Shown in pieces: positions 1 to 17,729 of a stretch of 64,000 bases of DNA. Every line of letters starts with the position of its first letter. Position 1 is the stretch's first letter. The notes beneath the pieces are model-generated. The model saw nothing but the letters and a program-made list of their open reading frames with translations. It was not told the origin of the DNA and made no database searches. Location: the NCBI GenBank assembly GCA_963693365.1, contig CAVNZM010000018.1, positions 2,394,728-2,458,727 on the forward strand, written 5' to 3'. The translations under genes and the position numbers were made by a program. The DNA comes from Amoebidium appalachense (Eukaryota > Protista > Ichthyosporea).

Positions 1-456
1 AATTGATTATGGTGGTTGAAAACAGGAGTAAAAAAGAAAAAAGCTATCACCGGTTCAACGGACAGGATTTATAAGCAAGAGTTACTGTAATGGTGATATA
101 TATAATACAGATATATGCCTGACCGTTCCCAACTTGGTTTTCCTTCAAAAAAAAAAAAAAAAAAGGTAATCAATATTTGCATGCCTTCCATCGCGCCCGC
201 TCTATGCAAACATGAGATACGCTTAGTGAGATATAACCAGTTATGGATATGCGTCATCCGGCAAAACACACCACTATGCACACAAGTTACACCGAAAAAG
301 ACTCTCGAATTCAGATATAGGCACCTATTATACAGCTTTTTTTCTGTGTACCGATAAAGGCTTTTGCCTGCATTTGTACGCGCACGCACGTGCATGCCTG
401 TCTGTGTGTGTGTGCATGTGCCCAACCATGTCTCTCTACGTCTTTCGTGTACGCAG

Positions 457-592
457 TTCTGGCAGAGAGCAACAACAACATCGTAGAGACAGGTGCCTTG
501 TCGAAGGTAAGGGGGCAAGATTGCCATGAAAGATAGAGAGAAAAGAGTGAAACAACATGCTGCTTATCTTGTGCCTGTGTGCCTGTGTGTGT

Positions 593-645
<53 letters not shown>

Positions 646-763
646 CTCAATCGTCATCATCGCTGTCGTCGTCATCTTCCCCGTCATCGTGTTTGGACAC
701 CATATCCCTGTACGAGGAAAAATAAAGTTCAACAATACATTTAAATTTACTACATGTGAATGA
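457..763 (+). CDS. 3' exons of a gene entering from the left; ends in a hydrophobic TM-like segment
   Basis: Exon 457-506 (cgcag|...aag|gtaag; LAESNNNIVETGALSK) is phase-compatible with a block from ~644 (GSIVIIAVVVIFPVIVFG...TGA 763). The acceptor AG is not visible because it falls in a poly-G run. Confidence 0.4.
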
Positions 764-807
764 TTGGATGAGAGTTAGCCCCCAATGTCAGCCCCACCAA
801 TGATGCT

Positions 808-846
<39 letters not shown>

Positions 847-1475
847 CAGCATCGCTGGTAGGGCCTCCCAAGGATTCTGATTGAAGAATGACACAGGTTT
901 TCATTGGCTGGCTTCGATTTTGCCATACAATTTCGCCATATATCAAAAATCTGATAACTAGCCAATGATAACCTGCGGCAGTTCATGTAGCCAATAATAA
1001 CCTGTGGCATTTTGAGCGTAGTAAACTTTTTTTGGTGCGAATCTTTTCCGCTGGCTGGGTTGTGATTTCCTCAGTCTAGAGCAAAAAACGGAGCGGCCAG
1101 GAGAAGAATGAAAACCTTGTGTTAAATTATTTATGTTATGCATGCGCTGTACGCGTCAAACGTTGGCGGTTAACGCGTACTGCTCATCGGTGGGATGGCT
1201 GTTTCGCGCCAAATTTGTGATATTACCTACTATTATTACCCCACCTCCAGCCTAGCTTAAGGTGTCGTCACCTACGCATGATAAACAGGTTTAGTAATAA
1301 TCTTTTAAGCAGTCGAATTTTTAATGAAAAGCCCTCTGATTGAATCCTTGTGAGGCCCCGCCAAGGTGGCTCAAAAATCTGATAGCCTACATTGCGTAGA
1401 CCATCTAATTACGTCATTCGAATCTGATGTAGTCTTTTGCGATCGACGCCACCGCGGCGGGGCCGAAATTTGGGG

Positions 1476-6543
<5,068 letters not shown>

Positions 6544-7680
6544 GCTTGCATCTGGTGGCAAGATGCCAGAAACCTAAAAGCTGTAAAAAAAAAAAAAAAG
6601 CAAGAAAAAAAATAAGTTTACAGTGAAGATTCGCTGCCATACTATTCATGTTAAGCACTCTTTCTAGGTCTTATCATTCTGTTCCTTCGTTTCCATTCGT
6701 GACCGCCGTAAGAAAATGTATAAATTTGTCTTGGTCGTGTATAGACTTGGGTGCAGGAAATGGTGTGTTGTACAAATATTTAGAGTGGGGAAATTGGGTT
6801 GTGTGTGTGTGTGTGTGTGTGTTTGTGTCTTTGTGTGTGATTGTTCTCTTCGCAACAACCTTATTGATTATTTTGGCGCCCAACGGACATGTAGTGGCTA
6901 CAATTGTGGTTGCTTGTCAAAGTGCATAATAGTCAATTCTCGACTGTAAACGTGTCTATTCGATAACCCGTGAGCGACAAGGTCAGGTAAAGGCCAAATC
7001 CACGCAATTGGACTCGCCACTTTCTGATTCAAATTTGTTTCTGTTTCAGTCTACTGTGTGTGGCCTCTAAGATCTTCGTGTGGTTGCTCGATTTGATAAC
7101 CATGTCATGTTTGGGAAGATTTCTTTGATTGCACAACTCAAATGAATGTGCGAAAATACTTTCACCTGGCTCGAGGCAAAATATTTCAAATGAGCGGCTG
7201 GTGATGCAATTTGATACCGTAAAGTAATTTCTTGTCAAATCTTATTTTTTGTAATTGGATTCCTTCTTTGCCCAAACTGATGCCAAAAGAGCACATGGTT
7301 TTCTTTGAGGAAGCTCGTACCACCGTGCTTGAAACTTCTGTTCCTTTGGTCGCCCTTGACCCGCCGCAAAACATCACTCTTACTGGCCGTTTGCCTCTCT
7401 TTCATCTTAACTCTTTTCAATCCCGTGTAGCCAATTACCCGTGTCATCTCACGTCCTTTGTTCAAAATGTCTTTCATCAAGGAGATGTTCACAAAAAAAT
7501 AAAAGCGACGTCATTCTCCTTACCAACCCTCTTCCCTTTTCGCTCTCACCACCTCACCCTCCCCCTTTATCTGTCTCTCCGCACCCCTTCCCATTTTTCC
7601 CGCTCTTTCTCAATGTTTTCTTTCTCGTTTTCTGTTATGCTACGGCGGTTACCTCTTTCGAATATTTCGCGCCCGCGAAC

Positions 7681-7852
7681 CCAAAAATAACTCGGAGGGA
7701 AAAGCCAAAAATAAACTGCCACGAAGCCAAAAATAAACTGACGCAAAGGGCCGAGGGGTGGTGTTATTTTTGGTGGCAACGGAAACGGTCCCGTCTATAT
7801 TTGGGCAAGCGGATTTGCTATATATGGTAAGTATATTTGTATCAGCCAATGG
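7681..7852. promoter_or_regulatory. cluster of six hybrid CArG/MEF2-type sites plus a CCAAT box upstream of MEF2
   Basis: CCAAAAATAA at 7681, 7705 and 7727; TTATTTTTGG at 7764; CTATATTTGG at 7795; CTATATATGG at 7818; CCAAT at ~7846. Confidence 0.6.
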
Positions 7853-8983
7853 GAAGCGAATGATGTTCCGGTTCACGATCTTGACCCGAAATGTTTTGCA
7901 CTTGGAAGAGTTCTTTAACGAACGGTGGCACTACTAAAGATACTCCACAAACAGAAAGTTTACTAACTAAACACTAAAAGTGTTACACGCCTGCACACGG
8001 GCACTACAGCACACACTTAGCAGGGGCACACATATGCACACACGTTCACTGCGCACCAGCATACACCAGCATCGAACATTTCGTGCATGGAGCTTGTGCT
8101 TTCCAATGGCATGCCATTAGCCAGATGGACATGGATCATGATCAACTCATTCAAGGATCTAGGAAGAATGGCCATCGGTCATGGGAATTAATACGTGCAC
8201 ACACGTGCACACACACAGCGCAGTCGCCTAGCTAGAACACGCACAGACACGCCACGCCATGTTGCAGAATGTTCCAGAGCACGGCAGACACCAGGTCACA
8301 CGTGTACACCTGCACACCAACTAATTCAATCTAGATCTGCCTACTGGGCTAATCGTAATTCTGTGCACTACCCGCACTGACGTTTAATAGTGGCCAGACA
8401 TGTACGTGTTACACATGTATACTATGCATGAGAGAGGAGCTAATCTATGCATTATCGAGCAATAGGTAGGGTTTATGTACTCAAAGTTTATTGCTGGGGC
8501 TGAGTGACGTTAGTAACACGAGATGTCAAGAAGGGGGGAGTGGAGGAAGCGCACAGCCAGGGCCCTCGGAGTTGGAATTCTTCCTTTGTTTTTTTTTTTT
8601 GTTTTTTTTTTGGAAGACACGGGGCTCCCCCCGGGGGGGGGGGGGGTTTAGCCTGCTGAGGGGGGGAGGGGAGGGGGGGGGGGGGGGAGGGTATTCAATG
8701 AATTTGCATCAAAACCTGCACGTGTGGCAAAACCTGCACATGCGCTAAAACCTGCACATGGCATGCCCTAAGGCAGTACAGAGAGGCTGCAGTGGATGGG
8801 CCACCCGCCGAGTCGGCGCCCCATGATAATGATAATTAATATTTTGGAGAATTTTCCAGCCGATAGGCAGGTGGGTAGAATGGAATGCCCGGGCCAGAGA
8901 TATAAATTTATTCCGAATCTGGCTGACTCAATCTGTGTGCGTATTTGGGTGTCTACGTTGGTGGCCGGGGTTACCCCGGGGGT

Positions 8984-9034
<51 letters not shown>

Positions 9035-9461
9035 CTAGCTGGACAGAGCTGGGCCGACTGGTGGGAGCCGGGGGCTTTTTTTTCTTTTGTTTATTTTATT
9101 TTATTTTATTTTATTTATTTATTTTTTGGGAGGGGGGGAGGGGGGGGGGGGGGGGGAGGTATGTTCTCGTCCCCTGGCCTATGATCAGGCACGTGTGCAC
9201 CATCAGTCGCACCATCAGTAATGCACGTGCGCACGTGCGCACGTCGTGCACGTGGGCAAGCACGTACACATTCACACACATGTTGCAAGCCGAATGTGAT
9301 GTGCAAGTGCTTGAATATTCTTCTCGAATTCCGGGTAGGGCAAATGGAATCGCAGTTGATCGAATTGACGTGTCCCATTTCTATCATGTGTGCCTGGAAT
9401 TCATCTCCGGATGGTCTGCCGTCCCTACCTCCCCCCTCCCCCCCCCCCCCCCCCCCCCCCC

Positions 9462-9553
9462 CCACCACCACCACCACCACCACCACCACCACCACCACCA
9501 CCACCACCACCACCACCACCACCACCACCACCACCACCACCACCACCACCACC
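9462..9553. repeat. (CAC)n trinucleotide microsatellite, about 30 units
   Basis: Direct inspection. Confidence 0.95.
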
Positions 9554-9705
9554 CCGCGCAAAGAAAGAAGGAGAAAAAAAAACCATTCTTAGCACATGAT
9601 TTACTTGCTGTAAAGTTGCTAGAATTATAAAAATTTTCAAATGTGGGCTCACCAGACCGAGAAACGTGTGGCATTTCAGTGGGGAGGTTTTCTGTGATTC
9701 TTTTT

Positions 9706-9736
<31 letters not shown>

Positions 9737-10257
9737 GGCCTTTGCCTTTGCCCTCTGATCAAAGCATTATCATAATAGCCTTTATTGATAAACCTATTAA
9801 TATATGGGGAGCATCCGTTTGTGCTCGCCATCATGCCTTACTTCCTGCACTAAATTCCAATCAGATATCCCGGCCAATCAGGTAAATTGGTTAAAAATGT
9901 CTCCACACACTGGCTATTGGCGTTACCATGTCCATATACAGTTAGAATGTCTAGGAAAAAAGCGCTTTGCAATATTATGTAACGATTCTATGCTTATATG
10001 TCTATTTACATGTGATTGTCTGATGGTCACGGAGATGCAGAGAACCAAGCGTGTCCGTTTACCAAGCTTTAATGAAAATGACCGAAGAATATGGAGTTCC
10101 AAAAAAGGACAACCCAAACCAGAGCAAAGAAAAAACGTATCCAAAAACCGCTTCTGCATTCTCAGACAATGGTCTATTCAAAATCGAAAAAAAAATATCA
10201 CAGTTTTAAATTACGTTAAACCAATCAGAAACCCCGCTCATACACATCCAAATCTCC

Positions 10258-11861
10258 TTATTTCTTCTTTGTTGCCGTAGCGGTAGCCGCGCTTCCGCTC
10301 GCAGAAGACGCCGTAGGAACCACAACCACCGAACTGCTCAACGTCTCCGTCTGATTGGTCGAAACCGTCGCATTGAGCGTTTCATTGGTTGCCGCGGGTG
10401 TAGCGGTGCTCCTCTCCGTCCCATTCACCGACACCGACGTCGATGCCAATTCCACGCTTTCAGTCGCCGTAGGAACTTGAATTTCAGTTGCCGAAGTCAC
10501 AAACCCCCCCATACTAGTCACCGTAACTGTAGGCCCCTCGACGAAAATCGTCCCCGTGACCTGCGTCGTGTCGTTTTTCAGCTTGAAATCTTCCAGATCG
10601 GGGCACGGGTTGTAATCGATCGAGCCGGGTCGGCGGCAATACCCGCTCGACCCGCCACAGACACCCTCCGGGGAGCAGCAGTGGTGATTGGGGTCATGGG
10701 GGTTGCACTCGCTGGGGACCTGGCCGTTGGGGGCGGCGTAGGCATAGCCGCACCGGTAATCGCTGCGCCAGGGGAGATTGCCGGTTTCTGTGCGATTGGA
10801 ATTTTGGAAATTTAGTTAAGTTCTAGGTGGTTGCCTGGAATAATTGAGTATAATGCCGTATCTAATGTTTGCCGAATGTACCAGTCTGTGTTTTCAATAT
10901 ACCGTTTTGGGCACTCAGTTCAACACTGCCACCAAAATCAATATGGGCTCTTTCACCATTGGCGGTAAAATGAGAGGGGTTACAAGAGTGCACTACATAC
11001 ATAGGTACGGACTTTAGTCTGGCATGTTTTTATGTTGGTTTGTTTGTTTGTTTTATTTTTGTCTAACGGGAAAAAAAAGGACTTCTTTCTTTCGTTCTTT
11101 CTTTCTTTCTTTCTTTCTTTTTCCTTTCCTCCCCCCTTTTTTCTTTCTTTCTTTTTCTTTTTTTTTTTTTTTTTTTTGGGGGGGGGGGGGGGGGGAAGGG
11201 GAGGGGGAATATGTGCACATACGCTTGTAATTCTTGCAGCTGGAGCACGAGCAATGCTTCTCGGTGTTTCCACAATATCCGTCAGAACTGCAGCAGAAAG
11301 CATCCACGCTCACGGGGTTACAAATTGCGTCTCCCTGACCGTTGGGCGCAGGGAAACCTTTCCCACACCGCCCGTCCGCGCGGTATGCTAGGGCCTTCCG
11401 CACGCGCGTGACATAGTCGGGGCCGCACGTGGTGTTGCATGGCAACCAATCAGACCAGGGGGCATAGCTGCACGTGTTGGTGGTTGTGTCGACAACGGGG
11501 ACGGTGCTGTCGACTGCGTGGTAAAAAATAACCATTTTTGGTTAGTGATATTTAATGTTCCGTTCATTGATATATATATCAAGGCCTTTAGTAACATATT
11601 TGGCTAACACTCCCATAAGTACCATATTACTGACGTGTCACACATGTTTTGTATGTGCTCAAGATGTTAGTATATGTCGTGAGTTGTTTGTTGTGTGGTT
11701 GTGGGGTAGTGGTGGTGGTGGTGATTGGGGACCGGGAGAAAGGGGAGGAGGAGGGAGGCGGGGGGGGGGGAGGGGGGGGGGGAGGGGGGGGGGGGGGGAT
11801 GGGGGGGGGGGGGGATGGGGGGGGGGGGAGGGATGGGGGGGGGGGGGAGGGGATGGGGGGG

Positions 11862-11892
<31 letters not shown>

Positions 11893-11938
11893 AGGGGGGG
11901 GGGGGGGGGGGGAGGGGGGGGGGGAGGGGGGAGGGGAT

Positions 11939-11970
<32 letters not shown>

Positions 11971-13307
11971 GGGGGGGGGGGGGGGGGGGGGATGGGTAGG
12001 GGGGGCTAGACCCGAGGGGCGGGGGTAGAGGGAGAAGGAGAGAGGTGGGAGATAGTGTTTGTGGCACTCACTGTATCTAGTGGATACACGTGTTGAAGGT
12101 GAAGAAAGTAAAAAGAATGGAGTGAAAAGAACTTGAAAAAAGAAACAAACACAAAGCCGGTGTGCATCATATGAGTCCGTCTTCGGTGGTGGAATAAGGA
12201 GGGGTAAAGGGTGATTTTTTTTTTGGGGGGAGGGGGGGGGGGGGGGGAGGGGGGGTGAACGAAAGGGGGGGGGGGGGGGGGGGGAGGGGGGGGGGGCGGG
12301 TGAGGGGAGCGGGGGTTAACACGTACGAGGCACACACAGTCCAGCCTGGCACACAGGAAGGTCCGTGGGGCATTTGGAGCATGCCTGCCCATCCGTCGCA
12401 TACCTCTTCCCGGGCACATTCCCCGCCGGCCAATAATAACACACCGTTCCAAATCCGTCGCGATTTGCGCACCCGACCCTGCGTGAATCCGCCCATACGA
12501 CCTGCGAGAAGTGACCTGTTGCGCCCGAATAGCATTGGGTCAATGTCATGCCTGCGGGCGGCATTGCGTTGACTCCTTCGTCCTGATTAGCTGAGGCGTA
12601 GTTTTGACGCTCGCTGCAACCGTTGTAGCCCCAGAGCTGCGGGAAGTGAATTAATCAGCCAATGGAAACACATACAAGGGTTATAAGATTTGTGACCAAT
12701 GAAAAGGGGATTAAACAGGTAAATACTTGGTGATGATCGTAACATTTCACATCCAGGAAATACAATATTAGAATTACAAATACATCACATTGAAGCCTCC
12801 CCCCCCCCCCCCCCCCCCCCCAACCAACCACCCACGCCCCCAAACCGCACACACATGCACTTGATAAGAAGGTTGATTGATTGGAATATTTATCCCAGAA
12901 AAGACACGCTAAAGATTACAAGAAAGCACACCAGTTACCAGTGCGAACAACCAATTGGCAAGTAAGTTCTCGTGATCGCTCACGCACACGCACACACGCA
13001 CACACACACACACGAGCCCCACTGCCAAAAAAACACCGAATGTACGAAGAAACATCCAGCCACAGAAAGAAACTTCTAGTAACACAAAAACATCTACAAA
13101 ATTCCACCCACCTTAGGCCATTCGAAGTCCGACCACACCCTCACAGCATCAGCAGGCGAATCAGAGTACCAGTTCTCTCCCACGTCTGGATCCTTGCCCC
13201 CACACTCAAGATACATCGCCCCCCGGCTAAGATTGGGTCCGGGGTAGCTCCCGGCCTGGGAGTCCGAAATGTTGTCTGTGTGTTTGTGTTTGTGTGCGTG
13301 TGCGTGT

Positions 13308-13354
<47 letters not shown>

Positions 13355-13955
13355 GGAGAACGAGGGGGAGGGGGGGGGAGGTGGAGGGGATGGGGTTGTG
13401 GGTGGGTGGGTAGGTGGGTGGAGGGGGGGGGAACGGGGTTGTTGCAAAAGGAGAGAATAAATGGGTGTATTGGGGGAAAGAGGGAGACGATTTTATCAGG
13501 TCAGTGACACGATCAAAAAGAAAGGCCCTATGTTATATCATGGCTGGTTAAGAAACTCCTGAAACCTTTTTTTTAAGGGGGGAAGAGGGAGGGTGTGGGG
13601 AGATCAGAATATCAAACCTTATTCGTTTTTCACTCTCTTCAACCCATGCCCCCCCTTATCCTCCTCCCCTCCTCCCCCGCTCCCTCCTCCCCCCTCTCTT
13701 CCTCCCCCGCCAAAACACACACACACACTTTCGCACACATACAAAAATGAACACACACAAAGGCCAAAAAAAAAGGGGTAAACCCTCCCCCCCCTTTTTT
13801 CCCCACAACCCACACCCTTTCCGCTCGACGACGTTAGATTATAACCCCTCCTTCCACTCCTCCCCTTCCTTCCCCCCTCCCTCCCCCCCCTCCCTCCTGG
13901 TTCGAGCTTTTCCATTCGAGCCTATCTCACGTGCAAACCCACCCGTTCACACCAT

Positions 13956-13995
<40 letters not shown>

Positions 13996-14707
13996 TCACT
14001 CACTCACTCAACACACACACAACTACACACGTACCACATACGCACATACTTGCCCCTCTTCCCCCTCCCCCCTCCCCCCCCCCCCCCCAAACACACATGC
14101 GCACACACATACACGAACATACGTGCATCCACACACATCACACGAACACAGTCACACGCACGAGCACACACATAGTTACACGCACACAAGCACATACACA
14201 ATATGACCCACACACACACTCGTACCACGTACCAGCACCATAACACGCACACAAACTCAGCCCGTTGCACACACCACCGAACACAACCACATGCACATAC
14301 ACGCCACACAAACAAGCATATGCATCCCCTCCCCCCCACCTGCCGACACACCCATCTGTCCACGCACACCCAGTGGCACTTACCCAAGCACAAACAAACC
14401 AACACACACACACACCCCTATCCCACCCCCTCCCCCTCCCCCCTCCCCCCACCTCCACCCCCCCCCCCCCCCCCCCCCCCCTCGCCCCCAACACACACAC
14501 ACACATACTCAAGAAATTCGACGCCAGGCACTCCAACGCCGGGTCCCACAACAACGCTGCCATGTCCGCTGCAGCCACGGATCTTCTCACCCTCTGGTGT
14601 TCGCTAAGAATAGTTTTTTTCCATGCTTCCTGTGGCGTGAATGTGACTTGTCCTGCAACGCTGGCCGCAAGCGCAGCCACCGTAACAGACGTGAATGCAC
14701 TTGTCAT
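10258..14707 (-). CDS. secreted CAP (SCP/PR-1/CRISP) protein with a TSP1-like motif, two chitin-binding-like Cys-rich modules and a Ser/Thr-rich tail
   Basis: Phase-consistent exons: 14707-14509 (signal peptide MTSAFTSVTVAALAASVAG; EHQRVR); 13275-13112 (GENW); 12636-12327 (GHFSQVVWADSRRVGC, VCYYWPAGN = CRISP signatures); 11513-11223 (WSDWLPCNTTCG..TRVR; RCG..CNP..CCSSDGYCG); 10787-10258 (second RCG..CNP..CCSPEGVCG module, then T/S-rich, TAA). Confidence 0.88.
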
Positions 14708-17361
14708 TTTTTTTTTTTGCCCGAGTTTGTTTGGAACCCCTTTTGTCACTCCCTAGGGCTAACACAGCAATTTTCAGTGTGTGTGTGTGTGTCCTTTGGG
14801 ACAGAAATGTAGGTAATAAAGGAGCGTAGGTAACATATAGCTACAGCCGACTACGAACGCTGTGCTCAATAAAACGACTAACCAATGTTCTCAAACAGTG
14901 GTAGGAAACGAACGAAGTGTAAACTTTGTTTGAAAGAAAGTGAAGGCAGTAAGGGGTGGAACAGCCCTTGTCCCCTGCGCCGGAATCGTGGAGTTTCGCT
15001 ATAGCCCCGGAATGGAATTCCGCGGAAGGTGATCCTAAACGAATCCAAATAAAGAATCAAAAATTTTCAAAAGCTATAATCCAATCAAACAATGTCTGAG
15101 TAAGGGGGTAAACTTTTGACACCGGCTGCCAAGCTGCATTTGATAGAAGCATCTATAAGCCCCGTGCCTAAGAGGAATATAAAAAATTCTTCATAAATAA
15201 AAATAATTTAACAAGTTATATATTTCCAATAAAAATAGGAAGGGGGTGGGGGAAAGAGAAAACAGGTTAAGTGCGCTGTTTTAATGGCTATATAGCGGGC
15301 CGCGACGCCGGTGCAACCGTGCTGGGAGCTGAACGCGACAGATTGGCCAACAGCCGAAACGTCTCGCGAATGTGATTGGATAATTTAATTTATTGAACCC
15401 AATCAAAGCATGCTACCAATCAGCGGCATGCTGTCATCCCCAAATTCGCCGGTCAGTGAAACGAGTCACTGCGGCAGCGGCCATATGAAACTGACACAAA
15501 AAAAACTACAGCAACCAAAACTTTACACACCTGTAGAGACACACAAAACGCTCATTCCTCCCGGTGTCACATGCACTGCCACACACACCGTGGGGCACCG
15601 TGCACGTTGGGTTGCACTGGGATATATATGCATGCAGACTGAGACCATGCCACCACTTCCGAACCATGCACCACATGGACGAAGAATATTAATTCAGAGC
15701 TCAGACACATTGCCCCGGCCGACTGACATGCACACCACACTGTCCACCAATAAAACCAAAGTCTTACACAACCGACAGTGTATAGCATGTGTGTGTGTGC
15801 AAGAAGTGCACGATTATTGGTCTAGGGCCCGTGAGTTGCAGTGCCACCGCGGCCAACGCCGGTCCCATGCATACTGAATGAAAGCACATAATACTACCAT
15901 TCATCCACCGTGTGCACGTAAAGTCGGCTGTATGTGTACGTACATGATGGGTGGACGTTAAAGGGATTTTGCATACAGATGGCACGGAAGACTCTTCCGG
16001 AACCGCTGAATCAAACCATGGTGCACGTGGCTTACATAGGGGTGACGGTGTGTTTCCACTGTCACGTGCATTCACTTTTCTTTCCCTTCTCTTTCCCTTC
16101 TCCCCCCACGTGCACGCGGCCTCCCTTCTCTACCTCCCCCTCCCCTCCCCCCCCCCCCCCCCCCCCCCCCAAACCCACCCCTCCCACCTCCCCCCCTCTC
16201 CTCTACTTCATAGGCCCCCCCATCCTCCCTCCAACTTTCTAATGGACCTCACTTTCACTTCGATCTCTTAGCTGTCACGTCAACTTTTTTTCCCCGATTC
16301 TTCACCATGGCAGGTATATAAAGGCTTTCGTTTCTTCTTTTTGTGGTTGGAGGGAGTCCCACTCAGGGGAACGTGACTGCAGCGTGTGTGTGGTGTGGCC
16401 TGGTGTATTCCTACTGCTGTGACTGTGTGGGGGCACATCCCTTTCGCGGAGTTTCTCGCTTGAGAAGTGGTTTCTTCAACGCCTGGTGGTCCACTGCAAC
16501 CTATGGTAACTTCTACACGCTGTCTACTCTTCTACGCGACCTATTGGCGGTGGGCTGCTGCAACTTCTTCAGCTACTTCTGCGCTGCGTGAGTGGAGGGG
16601 CGGCTACTTGGTCGTCGGGGAGTTTTCCAAGTGACTGCCAGTCCTTAGCCTCCAGTCGTATGGCAATGACCGGGTTTGCTTGCATGCATTCTGTAATTGT
16701 GTTTTTCTGTGTATCCTGCCACAACTAGGCCACCTTATCAGAGAGCTAGATGCAGTTTGCAGTTTCTCCGGGTTATCTAGGGGCCGGGCCCGTTGGGATT
16801 GTTTTTTAGCTCAGATTTGGTCTGCATTGCTCTTTTAGAGGCTGACTTGCTTGCTGTGCCTCGAGAGGTTTTGAGGGGGGCCTGTTGGGAAAGAGCAGTA
16901 TTGATGTCTTAACTTGCGGAGTGTGGTCTGGTCAACATCGGTGCATATGACTAGTTGGAGCAAACTAGTTTCACGCATACACGTTGGTTCGGAATATCAG
17001 CCATTGAACCCAACCAATCAAAACAAGGCAATTTTTGGGCATTCGGCTCACATCCCTATGTCGTCAAAACACGGTTCTTGCTCTGACAACCCCATATGCA
17101 TAGTAACAAGTATACCAAATAGTGGGCCAGCACTGAGTAACTGCTAGAATCATCTGGCATTAATAATGCTAACCGTTCTACTTGCAATACTATAGTATAG
17201 CTGACATGTTTTCTCGTGCAGTTCTACGAAACCCGGTGACCCAAGCACACCATTCTCCGCTGAGACTACCAATCGAACCGGAGAGCATGTGAAAAAGACA
17301 GCCCTACGGTAATCAGTGCCTTGATACCCCCCCCCCCCCCCCCCCCTCCCCCCTCCCCCCC

Positions 17362-17392
<31 letters not shown>

Positions 17393-17729
17393 CCCCCCCC
17401 CCCCCCCCCCCCCCCCCACACACCCACCCCCATTTCACCCCTACCGTTCGGCCACCGCCCGCTCGGCCGCTCTCGCGTGCTTCCCAAGTCCCCTTATAAC
17501 CTCCCATTCTCTTCTTCTCTCTCTCTTTCTCCCCCTTCCTCCCTCCCTCCCTCCTTACCTCCTTTCATCGGCCTTCCTCCCTCTCCCTCTCCCTCTCCCT
17601 CTCCCTCTCCGTTTCACTTCCTCCCTTCCTCCCACACACAGAGCCCCCCCCCCCCTCTCTCCACCCACACCCACACACTCACAGATACACTGTGCAAATA
17701 ACTGACTCGCATTTCTACTACTTCTCGCA

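Noticed and set aside
15400-17200. LTR retrotransposon or promoter remnant (TATATAAA at ~16314)
   Set aside because: No LTR pair, primer-binding site or recognisable gag/pol motifs seen.
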